Virus record (IMG/VR): IMGVR_UViG_3300035034_001226 | Coordinates: 22,721 to 86,720 of that record | Reading direction: 5' to 3' (one strand) | Source: a virus | Length of the DNA: 64,000 bases | Shown here: piece by piece, positions 10,051 to 20,621 of the stretch | Position numbering within the stretch: position 1 is the first letter of the stretch | Layout of the letters: every line of letters starts with the position of its first letter | Notes under the pieces: model-generated | Database searches by the model: none | What the model was told of the DNA's origin: nothing | What the model saw: only the letters and a program-made list of their open reading frames with translations | Made by a program: the position numbers and the translations under genes

Positions 10051-13000
10051 TTATCCTATTAATATCTGTGATGATGCATCACTGTTATGATCTTGCATTG
10101 ATCTATCCTGTAGCTCAATGGTCAATTCTGACTTTTCATTCTCAGCCTGTGTAATAAGTTCTTGAGAGTTAAGAGTTGTTGAACCATTTGGACCCGGTAG
10201 AGTTTGAAACTTACCACGAACTTGTGATAGTATCATTTTAGCTTCAGCAATAGCCCATTTCTTAATCCACATTGCTAAGTGTCTATTTGTAATTAAACGT
10301 TGTTCTGGAACTTCAATAAATGCATCCAATAATATACGTTCATTATTATAAAACACTTGATGAAAATTAAGTATTCTGGTATCTTCATAAAATGTATATA
10401 CCAAATGATCTGCAAATATGTTACGCAATTCCTCAATATATGAAGATGTTAAATGATATGAAAGTAAATCAAAAGAATTACCTGAGTAAAGTTGTTGTAA
10501 TGCTGCATAACCATAAACATCATATCCGCCAAATGACCCTTGTGAAGCACCTAAGAATCCTGTTCTCATTCTATGACATGCATTAATGTTTGTGATCTTG
10601 TTAAACCCTACACATTTATTAACTAATTCATATCGTTGCTGATTTGGAAATACATCCATAAAGAATAGTACATGTTCATATGAATAACTCGAATATTTTC
10701 TTACCATCAACAATGCATTATTGATGCATTCGTCTAACTGTTGTTTGGTTAATTCTACTGTTGTGCCAACAGACCCAAGAGCAATGCGAATCTGATCTTG
10801 TAGTGCCCTTCTTTCATCTGGTGTACCGTCATCACCAACACCAAGTTCAGAATAACTTGGTCCAGCCTCATTTACACTCTTACCTGTTATTGGTGTGAAG
10901 TGTATAATACTATTTCTTAGATATGAAAAAACACCATTGCCTTTACGATCAAATTCTATTCTCTGTTCACAACCTATTCCGCATGTTTCAAAACGCAATA
11001 TATCTCTACCAAAACGATCAAAATCATTAAATGGTGAAAATAAATCAGTATTAACATCAGGTAAGTCATCCGTACATACGTTACGGTTAAAATGTAATGT
11101 TACTTTTGCCAATCCACAATCCTCAAGCCATGCTGAACCATTCCACTTGTAAAGTTCATCCTCAAATGTGTTGAAGAAATATTCATCCACACTTGGAGCT
11201 AATGATGTTAATGAAAAATCTTTCTCAACCCATGCACCTGAATCACGAAGATATAAAACGTCAGTATTGGTGTCATACCAGTGAATACCATCTGTAATGT
11301 CAAATGGGTCTATTTCACTATTAATTACATCAATTATTGTAAATGTAGAACCATCCCATACATACCATTCACCACTAGTAGTATTTTTCCACACCACACC
11401 CACTGGCAGGTTTGTAGGATCATATTGGCTACATATTGGTATAACATCAGTACAGTTAATTCCAGTAATTCTCTGCAATACATCAGTAGTAGGATTATAC
11501 CACAATGCACCAGACTCTAATGTTGATGGTAATGCAGGGTCTATTTCTGATTGAAAGAAATCTGAAACGCTGTCCCATTCATTATTAACTGCATCCCATT
11601 TAAATATTGTGTCTATTCCTGTAGATACGTTCCACCATAGATCACAGCTAGCACGATCTGTTGGATCACTTGCTGCTATTATTACATTTATGGAAGTCCA
11701 TGCATCGTTGTCAGAATTTCTCTGAAATAATAACTGCTCAGATGGTATAAACCAATAATGATTTGCCGTTGGATTATCTAACTCACCAGAAGCATTTCGT
11801 TCTTCATATCTAATATTAGTAGCTTCTTGCCACTCTGATGAGATTCTATTAAATACCTTTTCCAATTCTGTATTGTACCAAAAGTTACCATCTACTATAC
11901 TATTTGGATTAGTATCCCATACAATAGGATCAACTTCACTCCATGTAGATAATGTGATATCACGATTGAATACAATTCCATTAACTTCATCATACCAATA
12001 TGTTGAACTGTCTAATACTGGTGCCAGTAATGGATTACGTGTTTGTACAAAGAGTGGCTTCTTACACCATGTTGATACTTCCCAAGACCATGCTAATGTA
12101 TTAGAAACATCTAAGTCACCTGAACTTTCAAATGCTTTATTTAACCATACTGCACCATCAGATGGTACCGATGGGTCAGTTGCGTATTCGATTATATTAG
12201 ATACTGTAGTCCAACCAAATGATTCTCTAATTTTTAAAACCGATGTTGATGGTTTATTCCAGTATGTTCCGAGTATTGGTGTTGATGGATCAAAGTCTAA
12301 GAATACAGCATCCTGTAATACATTTTGGGTGCCATCCCATACATATACTTCTTCATCTTCAACCTTAACAAAATAGTTACCAGTGTTTGGAAACTCTACA
12401 CCTTTAGTAGAGTCTACCAGTTTTTTCATTTCTATATTAAGCAATGCTGCCATATCTTCATATGTTTGCATTTTACTTCCAGCCAGACCAGTTAATTCAT
12501 AACAAGCACCATTGATATATAACGTAAGTTTATAATTAGTTCCAACATTAAGACCAGTTGGTTCTTTTACTGTTATACCTTCAGGTGTATCTATTTGTAT
12601 ATCATGGAATGCTGGAGTTGCAGCACCTGCAACATTAGTTTCAGCCTGACCAGTTGGAATACTATATGCGTGAACTCCTTCTCGGAAGTAATTACCTTGT
12701 GCGTCTACCGCATATGCAGAAACATAATATGGTGTTTTATCTACAACATCACTAACTGTTACTGACACTGTTTCACGATCATGATAGAATGCACCAACGA
12801 CTAAAGCAACATTGATATTATCACCAGAGTGCATATCAGTGTCGAAAGTTGGATCAGCCTCATAATAGGTGCCACTTTGGGGTGATGTGGTTATATAGTT
12901 GGCAGGTTTACTACTGACTGTTATGATAATACCATCATAAATTAAGTCGTCAACATTACAACCAGCAATGTTGGGGATATTCCATTTAATAGTTGCAGTA

Positions 13001-13092
13001 CCATCACCATTTCTAACCATCTTAACGGTTATCTCTTGAGCTTCAAGTTTTAGTCTATTTGGTGAGTCAGCAAATTTATCGTATAATGCCAT
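10051..13092 (-). CDS. Neck protein gp13-like with ~750-aa N-terminal repeat extension
   Basis: C-terminal LQDQIRIALGSVGTTVELTKQQLDECINNAL...WAIAEAKMILSQVRGKFQTLPGPNGSTTLN matches gp13; Trp-rich repeats upstream. Confidence 0.8.
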   Translation of the reverse strand: MALYDKFADSPNRLKLEAQEITVKMVRNGDGTATIKWNIPNIAGCNVDDLIYDGIIITVSSKPANYITTSPQSGTYYEADPTFDTDMHSGDNINVALVVGAFYHDRETVSVTVSDVVDKTPYYVSAYAVDAQGNYFREGVHAYSIPTGQAETNVAGAATPAFHDIQIDTPEGITVKEPTGLNVGTNYKLTLYINGACYELTGLAGSKMQTYEDMAALLNIEMKKLVDSTKGVEFPNTGNYFVKVEDEEVYVWDGTQNVLQDAVFLDFDPSTPILGTYWNKPSTSVLKIRESFGWTTVSNIIEYATDPSVPSDGAVWLNKAFESSGDLDVSNTLAWSWEVSTWCKKPLFVQTRNPLLAPVLDSSTYWYDEVNGIVFNRDITLSTWSEVDPIVWDTNPNSIVDGNFWYNTELEKVFNRISSEWQEATNIRYEERNASGELDNPTANHYWFIPSEQLLFQRNSDNDAWTSINVIIAASDPTDRASCDLWWNVSTGIDTIFKWDAVNNEWDSVSDFFQSEIDPALPSTLESGALWYNPTTDVLQRITGINCTDVIPICSQYDPTNLPVGVVWKNTTSGEWYVWDGSTFTIIDVINSEIDPFDITDGIHWYDTNTDVLYLRDSGAWVEKDFSLTSLAPSVDEYFFNTFEDELYKWNGSAWLEDCGLAKVTLHFNRNVCTDDLPDVNTDLFSPFNDFDRFGRDILRFETCGIGCEQRIEFDRKGNGVFSYLRNSIIHFTPITGKSVNEAGPSYSELGVGDDGTPDERRALQDQIRIALGSVGTTVELTKQQLDECINNALLMVRKYSSYSYEHVLFFMDVFPNQQRYELVNKCVGFNKITNINACHRMRTGFLGASQGSFGGYDVYGYAALQQLYSGNSFDLLSYHLTSSYIEELRNIFADHLVYTFYEDTRILNFHQVFYNNERILLDAFIEVPEQRLITNRHLAMWIKKWAIAEAKMILSQVRGKFQTLPGPNGSTTLNSQELITQAENEKSELTIELQDRSMQDHNSDASSQILIG

Positions 13093-13136
13093 TATATATT
13101 AACCTTTATATGTATAGAGGTATTTATCAATGACAA

Positions 13137-13463
13137 CTAAAGCTTTAAAAAAACCCGTTCTTCACATTCTGCAATATATTTCTTTAATTCATCCATACAT
13201 TCAATATCACGATTCTTATACTCTAAAAGTATAGAGTCACATATGATATCGGTAAAATGATGTAGGTTCCTATTTGAATGGGGGTTAAGATATTCTCGTA
13301 AATCAGATATAATTGACACTATTACTTTAGTGTCTAATTTTGTTGATGGGATTTTTAAATACATCTCTGTACAATGGGTGAATGATTTGAAAAATTCATA
13401 GATATTATCTTCATAAGGGCAAACATTCCAATCATCAATTGATTTCGCTATTTGTTCGTTCAT
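13137..13463 (+). CDS. Hypothetical protein
   Basis: 108-aa ORF with no competing long ORF. Confidence 0.5.
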
Positions 13464-13792
13464 TATACTTCTATCGTACTATTTTCAATCCAGCTATGAA
13501 TCTTCTTATTATTCCAACATGGATATACCTTCTGACCATCTTCAGATAATAAGACAATGTACCTAGCAACTGGATAATTATCATCTTGATCACTCTTTTC
13601 CCAAAGTACTTCAATTCTATCCCTAGCTTTGAAAGCTACATATGATTTGGAATCATCATCTAATGATTCAAATACTGGAAATTTACAATACTTCGTTACT
13701 TTATATTCATTTCTAATTCTAGGAACACTTTCACATGCTTCCAATAATTTTTTCTTAGATTCGAAATAGCGTTTGAAACTTAACCTTTCCAT
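13463..13792 (-). CDS. Hypothetical protein
   Basis: 109-aa ORF coupled to the endolysin. Confidence 0.6.
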   Translation of the reverse strand: MERLSFKRYFESKKKLLEACESVPRIRNEYKVTKYCKFPVFESLDDDSKSYVAFKARDRIEVLWEKSDQDDNYPVARYIVLLSEDGQKVYPCWNNKKIHSWIENSTIEV

Positions 13793-14196
13793 TAAACATC
13801 CTCTAACACTAGTTCAAAATGTGGATAATCCATAAAATTGTGATCTGTAATATCACCATCATTATCCCAATCTATACCAGTTCTTATTTTATAACCCTTT
13901 TCATGGGCTATTCCTTTAATTACACCCATAAGATATGCAAATCTTACTAAATTATCCCAATCAATTGGATATGGTGCTACGTCTGCTGCCAATGAAGGCA
14001 GAGAATTATGTTCACTATCGGGGTATTGTACCTTACTATTACCATCATTGAAAGCTTTAGTTTGTGCTTTCTTATTACGATGTCCACATAAAACTGAAAA
14101 ATCTATATATTCGATAGCCTCATTCAGTATTTCTTGTATGATAGGATGGCAAGTTTCCAATTGTTTTTGGGAACTTTTCCCAAATCGATATGACAT
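13792..14196 (-). CDS. Endolysin, M15 family L-Ala-D-Glu peptidase
   Basis: GHR..AQ, SEH, AADV, GIDW and DYPHFEL motifs. Confidence 0.9.
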   Translation of the reverse strand: MSYRFGKSSQKQLETCHPIIQEILNEAIEYIDFSVLCGHRNKKAQTKAFNDGNSKVQYPDSEHNSLPSLAADVAPYPIDWDNLVRFAYLMGVIKGIAHEKGYKIRTGIDWDNDGDITDHNFMDYPHFELVLEDV

Positions 14197-14275
14197 AATT
14201 AATTCCTCTATGTCATATATTTATTATCATTGAAATCAATTATGTCTTTTTGTATTATAAAATGTTATTTTAGAC

Positions 14276-14304
14276 AAAAAAAAGCCCCACTAAGTGGGGC
14301 TTTT
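14276..14304 (-). terminator. Rho-independent terminator after major capsid gene
   Basis: AAAGCCCCAC-TAA-GTGGGGCTTT hairpin with U-tracts on both strands. Confidence 0.9.
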
Positions 14305-14332
14305 CTAATTACTTGTGTTACCTAAAACGGGT

Positions 14333-15736
14333 TTAGATGAACTCAAGGTTTGTTACGTTGATACGACCATAGTAGTCTGCACTGTTACCCAACGATGTAG
14401 TTGGATCAGTCATTGCAATCTTACCATAACGTGTCATCAAAGATGTAACAGGCTGGAAAGTAACTGGGTTAACAATTACACCGCTGCTCATCAATGGTAC
14501 GTAAGGTGTGTAAAAATAACCAGCATCAGTTTCACTGTTACCGCCTTTAAAACCAACTAGGATTTTGTCATCACCGTTTGGAGATGAAGAACCCGGATTA
14601 GCTTGATTCCATAGGTAGCTATACACTTTGATTGTACCGTTTAGAGTACCAACCATTTCAGTGTTGTTTGGACCTTTGAACTCACCAGATACTGCTGGTG
14701 CGAACACTGCCTTACCTGCTGACTGTAGTACAGAAACGATCATAGGTGAAACTACGATGAAGTTACCTGCGCCACGACGAGTCTTACGTGCAATTACGTT
14801 AGCTACTTCGTTAATACGAACGCCAAGGTTTGCAAAACGGTCACCTACGAATGCTGGTGCATACGATGGTCCACCTGTTGCAGAAAAGTCATAAGTACGG
14901 ATAGTACCAGCCAATGCCAATAGGTCGTTGATGATTTCCGCATCAATTTCCTGAACGATTTCAGCACTTAGTGCTTTAGTCAATTCATTTTCTAGGTCAA
15001 AACCATGCTGAGAATTCATATCCTGCATAGCTTCTGTAGTCCAACCTGCTTGTAGTCTACGAGTATTCGCTTCAGTTGCCTGAGAGATTACTTCCAAACT
15101 CATCTTACGACCACCAGAACCTTCAATGAAAGAACCAGAACCACCTAGCATTGAACCACCAACTGCAACTGAATAACCAGAGAAGTCAGAAGTACCAGAG
15201 CCGTAAGTAGTTACGTCACTAGAAGATTCCCATGCTCCACCTTCAGCAGTAGTTGCGTCGATATCAGATGGTGCAGAAGTGCCATCAGCACCTGCTGCGT
15301 CGATACCAGATGCTCCAGCATCCTGTGCAGAACCAGTGTTACCAGCATAGAACTGACGGATAGGCTTTGCGTTACCGAAAGCTTCATCACCAGATGCAAT
15401 GTCGAAACCACCAAACTGTGAGCTTGCTGAATTATGTGTTACGTTTTCTTCGTACTTGTAACGAAGGCTGTATACTAGACCAACTGGACCAGACATAGGC
15501 TGTACACCTACAAGTTCAGTAGCAATAGTACCCGGAATGATACGACGTATCATCGGTAGTACAGTCTTACGGAAGTTAGCAATATCGTGAGCCTGTGTTG
15601 AACCCGCTGCTGCTGTTTCCAATAGGTACTTCTTCTGGTTTTCCAAAAGTGGTCCTACGATTTGTTTCTGGGTTGAATCAAGACCCTCTAAAAGAGCTTC
15701 TTTTTGTACATCCCAATGTTCATTTAAATTTTCCAT
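14333..15736 (-). CDS. gp23: Major capsid protein (T4 gp23-like)
   Basis: IRRIIPGTIATELVGVQPMSGPVGLVYSLR, RRLQAGWTTEAMQD, GYFYTPYVPL, MTRYG. Confidence 0.97.
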   Translation of the reverse strand: MENLNEHWDVQKEALLEGLDSTQKQIVGPLLENQKKYLLETAAAGSTQAHDIANFRKTVLPMIRRIIPGTIATELVGVQPMSGPVGLVYSLRYKYEENVTHNSASSQFGGFDIASGDEAFGNAKPIRQFYAGNTGSAQDAGASGIDAAGADGTSAPSDIDATTAEGGAWESSSDVTTYGSGTSDFSGYSVAVGGSMLGGSGSFIEGSGGRKMSLEVISQATEANTRRLQAGWTTEAMQDMNSQHGFDLENELTKALSAEIVQEIDAEIINDLLALAGTIRTYDFSATGGPSYAPAFVGDRFANLGVRINEVANVIARKTRRGAGNFIVVSPMIVSVLQSAGKAVFAPAVSGEFKGPNNTEMVGTLNGTIKVYSYLWNQANPGSSSPNGDDKILVGFKGGNSETDAGYFYTPYVPLMSSGVIVNPVTFQPVTSLMTRYGKIAMTDPTTSLGNSADYYGRINVTNLEFI

Positions 15737-15764
15737 TATGTTTTCTCCTAACCTATGGGTAATT

Positions 15765-16817
15765 TTAAGACGATGTTAGACGCTTAAATCTTGCGATTTC
15801 TTCCTTGATATAATCAGGAACCGTGTCAACATCTTCATTTACAGATTCTTCAATCTGCTCATTTTCGTCACTGTTGCCCTCAAGAACAACGGTGTCATCG
15901 TGTGCAGTTACTTTATCGTCAGATTTGGTGTCTGCATCATCACCCTCGGCTAGTACTGATGAATTATCTTCATCCTTTTCCTTCTCCGACTCCACTACAG
16001 CTTCTGTTTCAGAGCTTTCGTGTAGAACTTTTACAATGTAATACTCATATGCTTCTTCAAGCTTATCAGTAGGGCTATTCTTTAGAACAGCTTCCATTAC
16101 TTCTCGTGAACGACCATGTAGTGTAGATAGAACTTCATCCAACTTACGTTCACGTCTTACTTTTTCTAATTCTTTTGAACTTTCTTCTAACTTAGCTGTT
16201 AGCTCAGAAAGCTTTTCTTCTTTGTCTTGCATTTCCACTTCAACTGCATTTTCATTAACAAACTTCTTGTTATATATAGATTCAAATGCTTCATAGATTT
16301 CAGAACCAAACTGTAGACGCTTAACGGTATCAATGTCTTCTTTCAATTCATTAATTTCTTCAGCAATACGCATATCAAGGAAACCATCTACTGCTTCTAC
16401 TAGTTCTTCAATATCACCTTTCAATGTTTCTTGATATTCTTCTTTAGCCTCTGCAAGCTTTTCTGCATATTCAACTTCTAAGTCACGAAAGTTTTCGATA
16501 TCATCTTTAAGTGAATCAAGTTCACCCTTAAGACCTTCTTCCAATTTAGTATCTAGTGCTTCAATCAAGGCTTCTTTATCTGCCTGATATTGTTCCTGTA
16601 GTTCTACACGAACATTAGCTTCTGCTTCGGCTTTCATTTCAACAAGTTTAGCTTTTGAGCTTTCTTCAATATGTTGTTTAAATGCTTCTACAAGCTGATC
16701 CTTAGTTTCTGGTGTTAATATTTCATTCTCCACCAACTGTTGAAATAACTCTTCCATAATAAACTCCCGTTTGTTTTTAAGTTTAGTCTTTTTATAATCT
16801 ATTTTTGACGCTTGCAA
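15765..16817 (-). CDS. gp22: Prohead core scaffold protein (gp22-like)
   Basis: Acidic coiled-coil protein directly upstream of gp23; late promoter upstream. Confidence 0.8.
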   Translation of the reverse strand: MQASKIDYKKTKLKNKREFIMEELFQQLVENEILTPETKDQLVEAFKQHIEESSKAKLVEMKAEAEANVRVELQEQYQADKEALIEALDTKLEEGLKGELDSLKDDIENFRDLEVEYAEKLAEAKEEYQETLKGDIEELVEAVDGFLDMRIAEEINELKEDIDTVKRLQFGSEIYEAFESIYNKKFVNENAVEVEMQDKEEKLSELTAKLEESSKELEKVRRERKLDEVLSTLHGRSREVMEAVLKNSPTDKLEEAYEYYIVKVLHESSETEAVVESEKEKDEDNSSVLAEGDDADTKSDDKVTAHDDTVVLEGNSDENEQIEESVNEDVDTVPDYIKEEIARFKRLTSS

Positions 16818-16830
16818 AAACGTACTTAAT

Positions 16831-16838
16831 TATTTATA
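16831..16838 (-). promoter_or_regulatory. T4-type late promoter TATAAATA
   Basis: Exact motif upstream of scaffold and capsid genes. Confidence 0.7.
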
Positions 16839-16985
16839 GTGGTTGTATTTTATCTATATAAATATAGATTGGGAATTTATAAGTTGTTGATTTAAAAGAA
16901 TAAAAAAATTAAATTAATTTCTAAAAATTTTAATTTTTTGTTCACTTAATTAATTATTTGACATATATGCATTATATATATTATA

Positions 16986-17252
16986 ATGAATTATATAAAT
17001 ATTGGAGAGTTTATGGATAATATTAAAGAAAATTCGGAAGTTGTTGATTCAATTAAAGATAAGTATTTTGTTCAGAGGTCACCTGAAGTGGAATATAAAG
17101 AACCACTTAAACAAAACCTACAAGCTGATGTATCGAAGATTGATGCTACAATAAAAAGAATCTCAGAAAAGCAAGCTGCAAGACAAGAATTGTTTCGGTT
17201 AAAGGATGCTGCACAGCGTCTAATTAGAATTATAGACATACAGCTTGATTGA
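16986..17252 (+). CDS. Hypothetical protein
   Basis: 88-aa ORF, GGAG RBS before the internal ATG. Confidence 0.55.
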   Translation: MNYINIGEFMDNIKENSEVVDSIKDKYFVQRSPEVEYKEPLKQNLQADVSKIDATIKRISEKQAARQELFRLKDAAQRLIRIIDIQLD

Positions 17253-17254
17253 AT

Positions 17255-17330
17255 TGGTAGTGGAGGTCGGACTTGAACCGACGACTTCTTCCTTATGAGG
17301 GAAGTGCTTTTCCAACTAAGCTACTCCACC
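17255..17330 (-). tRNA. tRNA-Met/Ile2 (CAU)
   Basis: Cloverleaf, CTTCC-CTCATAA-GGAAG, encoded CCA. Confidence 0.88.
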
Positions 17331-17590
17331 AATGAATCTTTATTATACCGACCTTTATATTCATAGTCAATATAATCTTTTTTTGGTTTCCAGAATTTTA
17401 TCCTATTTTCATTCCTAAATTTACCATCATCATAACTAAAATCTAGATTATCTAACTGTATATCAATTTCTATATTCTCACTAAATGACTCATATCTATT
17501 TAGAGTATAGGTTATTTCTACAGCATAATCAATATCATCAGAATATACGGTAAGTGGAAAAAACAATATAGTTAAAAATAAATACTTCAT
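17321..17590 (-). CDS. Hypothetical protein with signal-peptide-like N-terminus
   Basis: MKYLFLTILFFPLTVYS leader. Confidence 0.55.
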   Translation of the reverse strand: MKYLFLTILFFPLTVYSDDIDYAVEITYTLNRYESFSENIEIDIQLDNLDFSYDDGKFRNENRIKFWKPKKDYIDYEYKGRYNKDSLVE

Positions 17591-17598
17591 TAGTATAT

Positions 17599-18228
17599 TT
17601 ATTCCTTCAGCTTATATTGGTGTCTTCTTTTGCTATGTTTTTTCCAACTTTTTGCATGATCATATGATGCATTAGGTATGTCATCATATGCAGAGGGTAC
17701 ATTACCCTTTCTGCGTCTACCCCTTACCGTTTGAATACCATAATCAGCACAGTCTCCAACATTACGTCTAGCTTCTGGGAATGTGGACATTCTACGATAA
17801 CAACCACCAATTATATAATCGGAATTTGCACTATATGGATTGGCCTCCCGCACTTCCCAATCTGCTGTGTTATATCCACCCTTTATTTTGTTTACATTTT
17901 TTTTCCTGCAACGTACATCAGGATTACTTTCAACGTATTCATCATACGTTTCATATTCATAGTATGGTCTATTACCACCATATAATGAATAGCCATATCG
18001 ACTTCTTTTAGGTAATCTAGCAGTGCAGTCAATCTCATCATCCCAATGGTCAAGAACGATATAGCGAGGAAGTTCTTCAAACCATGTGCCTCTATAGCGA
18101 TCATTGAGTTTTTTGACAGCATTAATGATTTCCTCAAGTTTTTTAGACCTGAGAATATATTGCTTATCAACACAGTCCCAAATCTTATAGTTAAGTTTTG
18201 GGGGTTCAGTTTTGTAAGTCTTTTTCAT
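17599..18228 (-). CDS. Hypothetical protein
   Basis: 209-aa ORF with GGAG RBS. Confidence 0.7.
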   Translation of the reverse strand: MKKTYKTEPPKLNYKIWDCVDKQYILRSKKLEEIINAVKKLNDRYRGTWFEELPRYIVLDHWDDEIDCTARLPKRSRYGYSLYGGNRPYYEYETYDEYVESNPDVRCRKKNVNKIKGGYNTADWEVREANPYSANSDYIIGGCYRRMSTFPEARRNVGDCADYGIQTVRGRRRKGNVPSAYDDIPNASYDHAKSWKKHSKRRHQYKLKE

Positions 18229-18290
18229 GTATAGTTTCTCCTTAAGTTACTTAATGCATACTATACATGTTTGCCTCCATTTTAATAATT

Positions 18291-18923
18291 TCAAATTTCA
18301 TTATTGAATCCATATTTCTCTATTAGTCTATTTATATCTCCATACCTTGGTGATCTTTTAACAAGTTTAATAACTTGAAAATCACTAAAGAATTGAATCT
18401 TTGCAGATGTTTTTTGGTTCACTATCTCTTCAAGTTCTTCAAAGTGTGTACCAGTAAACTCTGATAATTTATTATAATCTATATTGTCGATATTTACAAC
18501 AACTTTATTCACATTTTCTAAAAAAGAATACCATTCTAAAATATAATCAATACATGCTTCAACTTCACTGTAATTGTTTATATATTCATTAATTATATCT
18601 TGATATGGTTTATATTCCTTATATGTAACTCTGAAAAACCCTAATTCTAAAAATGACCTTATAACTTTAAGTGGGTTACGCACTACGTGAATAATTTTTA
18701 TATGTGGATAGATGGTTTGAATATCATTTATAAATGGAGCAACTAACCAACTGCTATCAGCTACGGTAGGTGACTCTTCAATACCAGTGAGGTATTCTTC
18801 CAGAGTATGGTTCTTAACTCCGAATATACCTTCATGGTAGCATTCTATCCCATTATTAGATAATAAATGTGACATAAACCCGGTACCACTTCTAGCAGTA
18901 CCAGTTACTATGTAATCAATCAT
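18291..18923 (-). CDS. Sulfotransferase-like protein
   Basis: TGTARSGT 5'-PSB loop; IIHVVRNPLKVIRS 3'-PB motif. Confidence 0.7.
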   Translation of the reverse strand: MIDYIVTGTARSGTGFMSHLLSNNGIECYHEGIFGVKNHTLEEYLTGIEESPTVADSSWLVAPFINDIQTIYPHIKIIHVVRNPLKVIRSFLELGFFRVTYKEYKPYQDIINEYINNYSEVEACIDYILEWYSFLENVNKVVVNIDNIDYNKLSEFTGTHFEELEEIVNQKTSAKIQFFSDFQVIKLVKRSPRYGDINRLIEKYGFNNEI

Positions 18924-19513
18924 TCTTTAATATAGTTAAACTTTTCAAAATCTTCACCAGCCCAAATGTTTGCCAATTCAATTATTTCATCACTTTTAAG
19001 ATCATCCCAAGTTGCATGTTCTCGCTTTAATTCATGAGGAATTATAACATCATCATTCACGAATGGCAATGCTTTAAATTCCGCATCTATATTCTCTAAA
19101 TGTAATGGTAATACATTGTCTGGCAATCTACGATACCATCTATGTTGTGGCATCATGAGTGTGGGTGTTCTTACTTCTGGCATTGTTTCAATATGGTCTT
19201 TATGCTTCGCAGCAAATTTGCAAAATGTTAAGAAGTCATCCTTCCTAATTACAGATAGCCATGTATCACGATATGCATGGGGATCAGGTTTAGCAAACAA
19301 TAATGAATTCCATAATGCTACTAATCGTTCATAAGGATTTCTTACAGTAGAAAATACAGTATAGCCATCGATGTTTGGTGGCATTTCTGTTCTATGGAAA
19401 GCACCTTCAAGTCGCTTACCGTCATATTCTTCAACTAATAATTTGAAAAATGTATGTGATCCAGTTTTTGGGGTTGATATGAAAACGAATTTATGTTCTC
19501 TAGATAGTATCAT
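18920..19513 (-). CDS. Sulfotransferase family 2 protein
   Basis: FVFISTPKTGSHT, FSTVRNPYERLVALW, PQH, DFEKFNY. Confidence 0.8.
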   Translation of the reverse strand: MILSREHKFVFISTPKTGSHTFFKLLVEEYDGKRLEGAFHRTEMPPNIDGYTVFSTVRNPYERLVALWNSLLFAKPDPHAYRDTWLSVIRKDDFLTFCKFAAKHKDHIETMPEVRTPTLMMPQHRWYRRLPDNVLPLHLENIDAEFKALPFVNDDVIIPHELKREHATWDDLKSDEIIELANIWAGEDFEKFNYIKE

Positions 19514-19566
19514 GTTCGGTATAATTCCTCTACAATTTAATAATGGGGGTTTTACCCCCCACTAAT

Positions 19567-20040
19567 TTATGCTGCATACTTTATATCTTCAGGTTCAATG
19601 GATGCAATGGATTCCAATGCAGACACCAACATCTCCGGTGTAACAGTACCATCGAATGGTTCTAGAAATGTATCTACAATTTCTACATACATTTTCTCTA
19701 TACCATGTGTTGGTTCGTTTCCATTGTTCATTCGTATTACTGACTCTGCTCGATAATTCAAAGTCTTTGATTCATCTAACATAATTAGAAATCCAAGTTT
19801 ACCCACTTTCCATTTAGATATGGTGTAACACTTTTGTATATCATTTCCAATGAGGATATTATATACCAAATGGTGCAAACCAGTGAGTGGACTTACTGGT
19901 GTGGTATCCCTAGGATTTTTACTCTTTTGCTTTTTGGCTTTTCCAGAATTAATATAGTCTGACCATGCCTGTCTAAATGCCAAATAATGTTCTTTAGACG
20001 TAAATACTTCTTTCTTTAAATTTTCAAATTTAGTAACCAT
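19567..20040 (-). CDS. Hypothetical protein
   Basis: 157-aa ORF with GGAG RBS. Confidence 0.65.
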   Translation of the reverse strand: MVTKFENLKKEVFTSKEHYLAFRQAWSDYINSGKAKKQKSKNPRDTTPVSPLTGLHHLVYNILIGNDIQKCYTISKWKVGKLGFLIMLDESKTLNYRAESVIRMNNGNEPTHGIEKMYVEIVDTFLEPFDGTVTPEMLVSALESIASIEPEDIKYAA

Positions 20041-20231
20041 GTTAGTTTCTCCTATGATATGGTTTTATGTTTCGTTATAATACTCAAAATATAAAACCGT
20101 TATAGGAGGTCCACGGATTTTTCTTAAACTCTAATCGCCTGAAATTTTCATAATATTTTCCTTTATAAAACTATTTATGTTAATAGTAACATATTATACA
20201 CCATACAATTAATATTGTCCAGTATATTTTG

Positions 20232-20303
20232 TGTTCTTACCGAGAATTGAACTCGAAACTAGACCATACCAAAGTCTCATTTTACCACTTAAACTATAAG
20301 AGC
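20232..20303 (-). tRNA. tRNA-Thr (GGU), degenerate acceptor, no encoded CCA
   Basis: AGACT-TTGGTAT-GGTCT arm, GTTCAATT T-loop; C2-A71 mismatch. Confidence 0.55.
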
Positions 20304-20621
20304 AGATGCCTGTTCTAGCAACTCTATAACTTCCATTAACCCGACTTCCTTAATTTCTGCAACTAATGATTCGGATTCCTTTTCCAATTCATGATCATGG
20401 GGATTCTTAATATATCGTTTATTTATAGAGTCCAATCTATCTAAAATACTTGGAAGTTTCTCAGATAATTCTGGATGTTCCCTAAGAACGGTATTCAATC
20501 TATCGGTTATTTCTTCACTATTCATATAATCTCCAGTAATTCTATTTATCAGTGATGTTTCAGTATGAAATATGCATAATAAATAATGGTATGAAAACAA
20601 ATACCCATAAATCTGACTCAT
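20289..20621 (-). CDS. Hypothetical protein (probable start at MNSEE)
   Basis: GGAG RBS before the internal ATG. Confidence 0.5.
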   Translation of the reverse strand: MSQIYGYLFSYHYLLCIFHTETSLINRITGDYMNSEEITDRLNTVLREHPELSEKLPSILDRLDSINKRYIKNPHDHELEKESESLVAEIKEVGLMEVIELLEQASALIV

